A DNA stretch of 64,000 bases, from assembly GCA_047495785.1 (NCBI GenBank), contig JBLDXI010000038.1:844882-908881 (forward strand), given 5' to 3'. Origin of the DNA: Lepidodermella squamata. Its lineage: Eukaryota > Animalia > Gastrotricha. Every line of letters starts with the position of its first letter. The stretch's first letter is position 1. The translations under genes and the position numbers were made by a program. This document shows positions 57,045 to 64,000 of the stretch, piece by piece. The notes under the pieces were generated by a model. It saw nothing but the letters and a program-made list of their open reading frames with translations. It searched no databases and was not told the DNA's origin.

Positions 57045-60000
57045 TTAATAGAGCCTCTGGGGTAGTCGGCCGTTGGTTGGAGTTCAAATTTAAAAATAAA
57101 ACTAAACGAGCATCACAATAAAATAATAAAATCGTAAACAGTAAACAATTAAGAATTAAGCGCATTATGTAGGTAACGAATTTCGGAAGGTTCGCTGAAA
57201 AATTATTCACAAGGGCTACAAACTCTCTTCCATATGGTTGCACGGCAGTCAGGTCTGTAGTGTGAATAAAATCAAAATTCTTCATCAAGTGATACCACAA
57301 GCGCAGCCAACTGCTATTAAGCCAATTCAGCGCATGTGTGTGTCTGCGAATAGCATACCTGTACAAATTATGAGCTGCTATATATCCGTGACGCATGGTT
57401 GCATGCGAGTTTTAAACGAGCTAATGAAATGCACGACATTTGCATTTACACATTTACAGATTAACTTGCTTGTATGACGAGACTAGAACAATAATTGTGA
57501 TACTATAACACAAGTGCAAGTATCTCCCCTACATTTATAACAGGTGTTCATATATCTTTCTTCTTTCCCTTAATAACAGTGATCGACTCAGACGAACCAT
57601 AAACCGATTCAAGCAAGTTTTTAGTCACTGTCATCTATTTTCTTTTCCCCCCATTCTGTCTGTCTTTTTCAAGTCGTGATACAGGCCTGATCGTGCAATA
57701 TTGAAATGCTGTGGAAATGACGAGGACTAATTGTAACCACAAGAATAAACGCAATCGGAATAATTGAAAACCTCGACTTGGAGTTTCAAAAAAACCAGAA
57801 AGGCTGAGAGCAATTGTAAGGCAAGGATAGCCCCCTTCAGCGATTATCAACGCCCTTACTTTGCTATGTGCTGAAGCTTAAGCGAGTAGAATAAAATGTT
57901 CACGGGCCGTACGCTATCTCCTAGGTGCCTGCTGTTTCAAGGCGTGATGCCTCACTTGAAAGTGTAGGCCGACCTGACGGTAGCTCTTCTACGTGGCCGA
58001 CAAATACCGCAGCACGAGGGATGCATTTGTTCAGTAAATACCAGAGATTAAGTCGTTGGCAATAAAATAAGCTGTTTAAAAAGTTTTGGTTATTAACCGG
58101 GTATAGTGAAACGGATCGAACACCATATTTCGAGGAAGTCATCAATAACAATGCAATCAATGGTGAAATAGATAAGATTAGATTGTCGACTTGTCGACAC
58201 AGCTAAATGGATAGATCAAGAAATAGTGATCATTGACCATACTCTTTCTTCATTTCCATTTCCGGTTCTTTTTAACCGAGGCGATCATAGAATCTTCATC
58301 GCGCGGAAATAAATACCGATCATGTTTATAGCCTACAGATGCCTTAGATTAATTGTGTCGATAACCTAAAACAGAGAAAAGGGAAGGTCAATAGGAAGTG
58401 ACAAGACCAAGGGCTAAGGGACTTAGAGAGTAACTGCATCTGAGAGCAATTCCTCTAGAGTAAACACGGTTCATCTCCATCATCTACTAAAAGTTAAAGA
58501 CTCCAATTTACTCCTGGAATCTGCAATAGACTGGTGATTACTCTAAGAGCAACAATCATGAAGCGAAATAGGAATCGGCAACTGCAGTCACCTTATTCAC
58601 ACAACATATGAGCATACAATTGACATGAACAGATTAAAGAAAGCATATAGCATAAAGCATCCTAACTTCTGAATCTGCATTTTTACACCGATCACAAAAA
58701 CCCGGTAATATAGCAATTAAATGAAGAGACAAGATTCAAGGGTTCAGCTGACAGGATGATAAGAATTTACGAGTTTTCCTGCTATTTCCTACTTCCTACT
58801 TTGTCTTGCTAACCTCAGGTTTTTCGATTGCTATAGGTGCTAAGGCTATCTGGATTCTACTTTTTTGTTGGAAAACGCTATCTGCTCATTGAAAGTGCTA
58901 GCAACCTGCAACCTGCAATTAATTAAGGAGACACTTAGAAAGCTACGTCGTTTTTGTAATGGAAGACATGAGGCAGTTTTCGAATTCGTCTGACCGGTTA
59001 CGAGACAGAAAACCCACAGAGAGTATACCTATAATACTGCAGAATAAATTGGGATTATGCATTTGGTAAACTAGGCAACAGGGAACTTTGAAAACCATAA
59101 GGTTTTTTAGTAAAACAAAAATCTCACCAAGCTGCAGTAATCGCAGAACTTTAAATTCCAACAGCCTAACAGCTTCTACTGGGCGGACGTTAGTAATCTT
59201 TGAAAAAAGTCGCGGGTTTTCTGAACTAGTTATTTTAAATTCAAATTCAATAAAAAATCAAATAATAAATTCATTAACAAATTAAAATTACATTTTTTAC
59301 GAAAAGTATTTTAGGCAAAATCTTGAAGCTTTTAGCCGCAGTGAATGAATGGCCACAATTTTCTTCGATCGTGGCGCAGCATTTTCTTACGCCGCTGCGC
59401 TGCGCTTGCAGCGTGGCGTAATGGGCAGGTCCCATTGTCTTGCGTTGTCTTGCGGAAAAAAGGAGTTTCATGTTTTATATAGAAAAGGTCTAGTAAGAGC
59501 CAGCGGCTAGAAAAGCCAGCGGCCAGCTTGAAATATCAGATCTCCCATTTAAAAGAGTCAAGAGTTCGAGTAGAGCAGCGGTCAGATGTTCGTGGCATTG
59601 AGTAAGTCACCCAGCCCTAGCTAGACAATCAAAGCATGCAGTCAGCGTGACGATGCGTTTTCAATGTGCTCACTGCATGACACCAGCGAGTATCGGCGCG
59701 TTCGATCAGCTGTTCCCACAACTCAGTTTTACAAGCTCTCATCGGAATTCTTCATTCAGTTTTATTGTGCTCAGTTGCGTATGTCAATTAGTCTCTAGAG
59801 GTATGATTTATCTGCGCCGTCAAGCTAAAATATCTTAGTTTTAGTACAGACCACGTTGATGTCATGCTGAATTGAATTGATAACTTCGAACTCGCACGAG
59901 CGCTGACATTTACGTAACCGCAGTGGCCATCTGTAATAATCGAATCAAAACTTTAACTCTAACTGTGAGTTAGCGAGTGCATTTGTCCTTCGTTTTAAAG

Positions 60001-61951
60001 AAGTTATACCAGTGAGTCAAAGCCAACACTCATTTAGCAAACGAGCAACTTGAGAGCATAGAGAACAAAACTTATGTCTCTCTGTGCTTTTTATGGTGCC
60101 TTTCTGTGGTTGAGCTCAAATGCTCAGGTAAGGATCTTTCAACGCGGATAATGATGAATGATAAGCATCTACACTTCTGGGCTTATTGACGATTCTGAAC
60201 TCCGAATTTCTCTCGGTTCTATCACTCTTCTAACGAAAAATATGCAAACTCAAAATCCAAATTGGAAGCACAATTGCGCTCGATATATTAATCTCCAAGG
60301 AATTCAGCCGGTAAATTTCTGAGAAGATCTAGAAGTTCAAGATTATTCATGTGGAATAAAATTAACACAAACTAATTGGATTGTGGCTGATGGCTGATGT
60401 CAATATTATTCCATTTGCGAAGACCTCTCAGGGTAGCTTCATCTCTCAGCATTATGCTTCTGATCTCTCTAGATGCGTAAAGGTTAGATCTCGGAACGCG
60501 TACCCTTAGAGGAATTAGGTTTCTCATACAAAAGCGTTCTTCTGATAATAGTTTTTCGAATACAAAACTAAACTATTACTGATGATAAGGTATTGAATAG
60601 AGGTTAGCTATGTCGTAGAGAAGCTTTCTTCCGATATTACTTGCTCTTTATTAGATACGAAACTCACATGTCATTGATCACTGATCACTGATCAGTTATT
60701 AATTTTAACTCAAAGATAACACAGCGTGATTATCATTGAGAAAAGAGTAGGTACATAATTCTGTAAATAAGTCTAGAATGACTCCGGAGATTCCTCAAGG
60801 AGCAGCAATCTTTAGCTATCTATAAATCAGATGATTTGAAACCTATAATTCATGTGTTCGGAGTTCGGATGTTGAACAAAAATAAACAATGTAACCAATG
60901 TTGAACATTGTTCTCAACAACGGCAACCGTGCTTTTGACCTAGAAAAAATGTGGATGTTGAGAGTGTGTCATCTGCGAATCATACGCACAAGAGAAGCGG
61001 GAATTGTAGTCTGCAATCACATTTCAATGGCATTGCAGGCGTCGTGTGACAGCAGTATATTTACTCTCAGTTGACCGAATGAAACGATGATCAGTGAAAA
61101 TCAGAAGTCTTCGACACAGGACAATTGATCGACTACTATCGAACGGTGTGAATAAGTGTTACAGTGATAAAACACACATCAGTGACGCGGCGTTCTGCTC
61201 TGATCATCGTATGCTGGTGCCTACTAATGTTGAATTGAAGGCGAGTGGGGCATTGGAAAAGTATCGTATGTGAATCAGAAGCGCAATCAGAGTCAATTTA
61301 GCTATATGCAATCTCATTTGTTAACTGCAATGACGCAGGCTTCAGTGATTTTCAGTGAAATACTCAGCTGACTAAATCATTGAAAGACATCCCACAATGT
61401 CGCGGCTTCGTTCGTCTAGCTCATTTTGAAACGGAAATTGTCTCAATCGTTCTTTGCATATCAGTTGTCAGTGTGATTATGCACCGCTCACTGATACCGA
61501 TGGAGTGATGTTATGAGCCTACCGTCTCGCCAGTGGCGCAGTTAATACTCCGCTGCTTCTCTTCTCACATTGTAACTGCGAGACGGAGCGAGCAGGGCGA
61601 GCGGAGTGGGGTAGATCTCACGCGGCTTTGTTGTTCTACCTCCTTTTGAAACAGAACCCTCCCTCAATAAGTTATTCTCGTGTGGCGCAGTTAATACTCC
61701 ACTCCGCAAGGCTTCCTTAGTTTTCAAACAGGACTGCGCGACAACCGTGTAACAATATGCTGCTCTCGTCGAAGTTTTCGCCTCTCACTCTACACAAAAT
61801 CTGTCGATGAGGGTAAACCCAGCACGAGCAATAAGACGTCTGTCCTCTAAATTAGGCGAGACCTAATTTGCATAAATTTGAATATTCATAGAAATAAAAT
61901 TGATTAGAATAAGTATTCAAAAAAGTTAAAAAGATTTGCAAGAGATTAACA

Positions 61952-62057
61952 AGGGTTAGGGTTAGGGTTAGGGTTAGGGTTAGGGTTGGGGTTAGGGTTA
62001 GGGTTGGGTTAGGGTTAGGGTTAGGGTTAGGGTTAGGGTTAGGGTTGGGTTAGGTTA
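61952..62057 (+). repeat. (TTAGGG)n tract 1 with TTGGG/TTGGGG variants
   Basis: Direct inspection. Confidence 0.97.
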
Positions 62058-62115
62058 ATTACCAGACGGGAAGCCTAAGCAACCCCGGCATAGAAGCTCT
62101 AGCAATCCCTTTCAC

Positions 62116-62173
62116 GGGGTTAGGGTTAGGGTTAGGGTTAGGGTTAGGGTTAGGGTTAGGGTTTAGGGTTAGT
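62116..62173 (+). repeat. (TTAGGG)n tract 2
   Basis: Direct inspection. Confidence 0.97.
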
Positions 62174-62315
62174 TTCTAGTTGAGTACCAGACGGGTCAAT
62201 TTTGAAATGCCCCGGCAAAATTGGCCCTGGCCTCAAGAAATGAACTTCGCGGGTTCAAAACCTCTAAGGTTGGTTTGATCAGTAACACTGAACAAATTTC
62301 AAACCCATATTTGAT

Positions 62316-62491
62316 AATTACCCATAGCCAATAGACTTGTTCACCGAGCGAGCTCAGTTACCCACTGTCATTGGAGATGTTCATTATCAGGTGAAGAAAT
62401 TCCTCCACCAAATAGGGACAATTACCCACTATCCTTGACTTGTTCACTACCCGGAGGCAGTTACCCACTGTCTTGGATGTGTTCATTGTAC
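62316..62491. repeat. Imperfect 104-bp-period duplication with TTACCCA subrepeats
   Basis: AATTACCCA..GACTTGTTCAC..CAGTTACCCACTGTC..TGTTCATT starting at 62316 and 62420. Confidence 0.75.
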
Positions 62492-62785
62492 TTGGGATCA
62501 ATGCCCATTGTTGAAAAATATATAATTCTAAGTAAAGTGCTATAGAGGTTCGCCAATAATCAGACCGGTTTCGCTATTTGGCTAAGATAGCTCATCAGTG
62601 ATTTTTGAGCCTCTGTAGAAGAATGATTTTATTCTGCTAAATGGACCGTTTATATAGGCCGCTGGCCACGTTTTTCATCATGGCCGCGCTGCGCCGCATG
62701 GTTGATTCACGTGAATGTACGTCCACGTGAACGCATGATTGCGTGATGATTTGCGTGAAAAAAGTATTCAGCGGAAAAAATAAGA

Positions 62786-62870
62786 AAAATTCTTGCACGG
62801 TGGCTGGAGTTGAACCAGCGATCTTCCCAGAAGCGGGCCTGATCATCACCACTACGCTGTGGTGCCGTGC
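62786..62870 (-). ncRNA. tRNA-derived Pol III-type unit, copy 1
   Basis: Box A-like CAGCGTAGTGG, box B GGTTCAACTCC within a perfect T-arm, T5 run just downstream. Confidence 0.65.
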
Positions 62871-62926
62871 TTACAAACTCATACCCATAAAGCGACAAAA
62901 AATGATTTTGCGTATTTTTCTCTCCG

Positions 62927-63013
62927 AAAAAATCTTTGCACGGTGGCTGGAGTTGAACCAGCGATCTTCCCGGAAGCGGGCTTGATCATCACCACTACGC
63001 TGTGGTGCCGTGC
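62927..63013 (-). ncRNA. tRNA-derived Pol III-type unit, copy 2
   Basis: Same boxes, T6 run; 143-bp period. Confidence 0.65.
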
Positions 63014-63069
63014 TTACAAACTCATACCCATAAAGCGACAAAAAATGATTTTGCGTATTTTTCTCTCCG

Positions 63070-63145
63070 AAAAAATCTTTGCACGGTGGCTGGAGTTGAA
63101 CCAGCGATCTTCCCGGAAGCGGGCTTGATCATCACCACTACGCTG
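63070..63145 (-). ncRNA. tRNA-derived unit, copy 3, 5'-truncated by telomeric repeats
   Basis: Matches copy 2 up to 63145, then joins GGGGTTAGGG directly. Confidence 0.6.
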
Positions 63146-63206
63146 GGGGTTAGGGTTAGGGTTAGGGTTAGGGTTAGGGTTAGGGTTATTAGGGTTAGGT
63201 AAGGGT
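63146..63206 (+). repeat. (TTAGGG)n tract 3
   Basis: Direct inspection. Confidence 0.97.
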
Positions 63207-63285
63207 GAAACACGTCCCATCTCCGCTGATGTTGCCTTCTTGTTTGCTACGATCTGCTGAATGCCCCTCCAAATACTGTCGATGT

Positions 63286-63999
63286 TCAGGACAATGCTAC
63301 ACTCCTCGCTTGCTCCAGAATCTCCTCGATCTTGGTTTCAAGTTCCTGCGCTGTAACCTGCTCATCTCCCCATTTCCAGCCCGTTTTATCGATCGCTGTT
63401 CTCAGGTTGTTGTTTTCTGCTCTCGCTTTTTTTATCTCTGCCTTCTCACACTTTTCTGTTTGTTCCTTCGATAGTTCGCCTCGAATATCACTCAGATCCC
63501 CCAAAATTCTGGTGATTTTTTTGGCTGAAATTTTTCGATTTGTTTTTCGGGTTTCCTTGATGATTTTGTCGCTGTGTTCATCTACCACCCTCTTCATGCT
63601 CTGATCGCTGAATTTTGTTACACCGAAAATCTTTTCGAAGTTGTTCGCAATGTTCTGTTCTGTTGCTGTTCTCTTGTTGTTTTTCTCCGCCGCTGCTACT
63701 CTCGCGCTGGATTTGACTGTGGCTATAAACTCGCCAAACTTTTCGGCATAGACTTTTTCCCGAACGCTACCTCTGGCCTCGCTGTTCTCTCCATGCCTTA
63801 CCCCTTCTGCACTGCTGCTCGCACTGTTCGCTTCTCTGCACTGACCGGGTTGTGCCGGATGTTTCGGCCACATTTTTGGCCTGATTGCGTTAGGTGCGCT
63901 GCTATAACGGGCCTCGCTTTCAAGGTTGAAGTATCTACGCTCAGGCTCTGTCTCAAAACGGTTTGCTACCTTTTGGTGGTAATTTTGATGGAAAATTTG
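63286..63999 (-). CDS. Intronless K/E-rich, probably coiled-coil ORF, open to the window edge; possibly mobile-element encoded
   Basis: Frame stays open from 63999 to the stop at 63286 (at least 237 codons); no recognised domain. Confidence 0.5.
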   Translation of the reverse strand, partial: QIFHQNYHQKVANRFETEPERRYFNLESEARYSSAPNAIRPKMWPKHPAQPGQCREANSASSSAEGVRHGENSEARGSVREKVYAEKFGEFIATVKSSARVAAAEKNNKRTATEQNIANNFEKIFGVTKFSDQSMKRVVDEHSDKIIKETRKTNRKISAKKITRILGDLSDIRGELSKEQTEKCEKAEIKKARAENNNLRTAIDKTGWKWGDEQVTAQELETKIEEILEQARSVALS

Positions 64000-64000
64000 A

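Noticed and set aside
57100-61500. Long region upstream of myosin
   Set aside because: Only short ORFs and trivial repeats; probably regulatory or 5'-UTR intron, nothing supportable
62794-63145. CRISPR array or canonical tRNA genes
   Set aside because: Eukaryotic context and identical spacers; canonical acceptor and anticodon stems do not pair

Overview
Gene-dense stretch of a compact invertebrate (metazoan) nuclear genome with mostly 45-65 nt GT-AG introns. Recognisable spliced genes in order: carboxypeptidase E-like (partial, -), CSN1/GPS1 (+), PAPS synthase (+), AIMP2 (+), tektin-3-like (-), FAM13-like RhoGAP (-), TMEM184B (+), a protein with two atypical Kunitz domains (-), FBXL2/20 (+), RPSA (-), KDEL receptor (-), UBE2D (+) and non-muscle myosin II heavy chain (-). 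They are interspersed with LINE fragments, MITEs and two long, apparently identical inverted duplications. The most unusual region is the last ~2 kb: three co-oriented (TTAGGG)n tracts punctuate minus-strand modules. One module is a 143-bp tandem array of a tRNA-derived Pol III unit that refolds into a cloverleaf without an anticodon loop, with the last copy cut off by telomeric repeats. Another is an intronless coiled-coil-like ORF. This resembles telomere-primed (Athena/Terminon-like) retrotransposition, but no reverse transcriptase is visible there. A second candidate is an extensively base-paired ~350-nt RNA upstream of TMEM184B. All gene models and folds were derived by eye; no searches were run.
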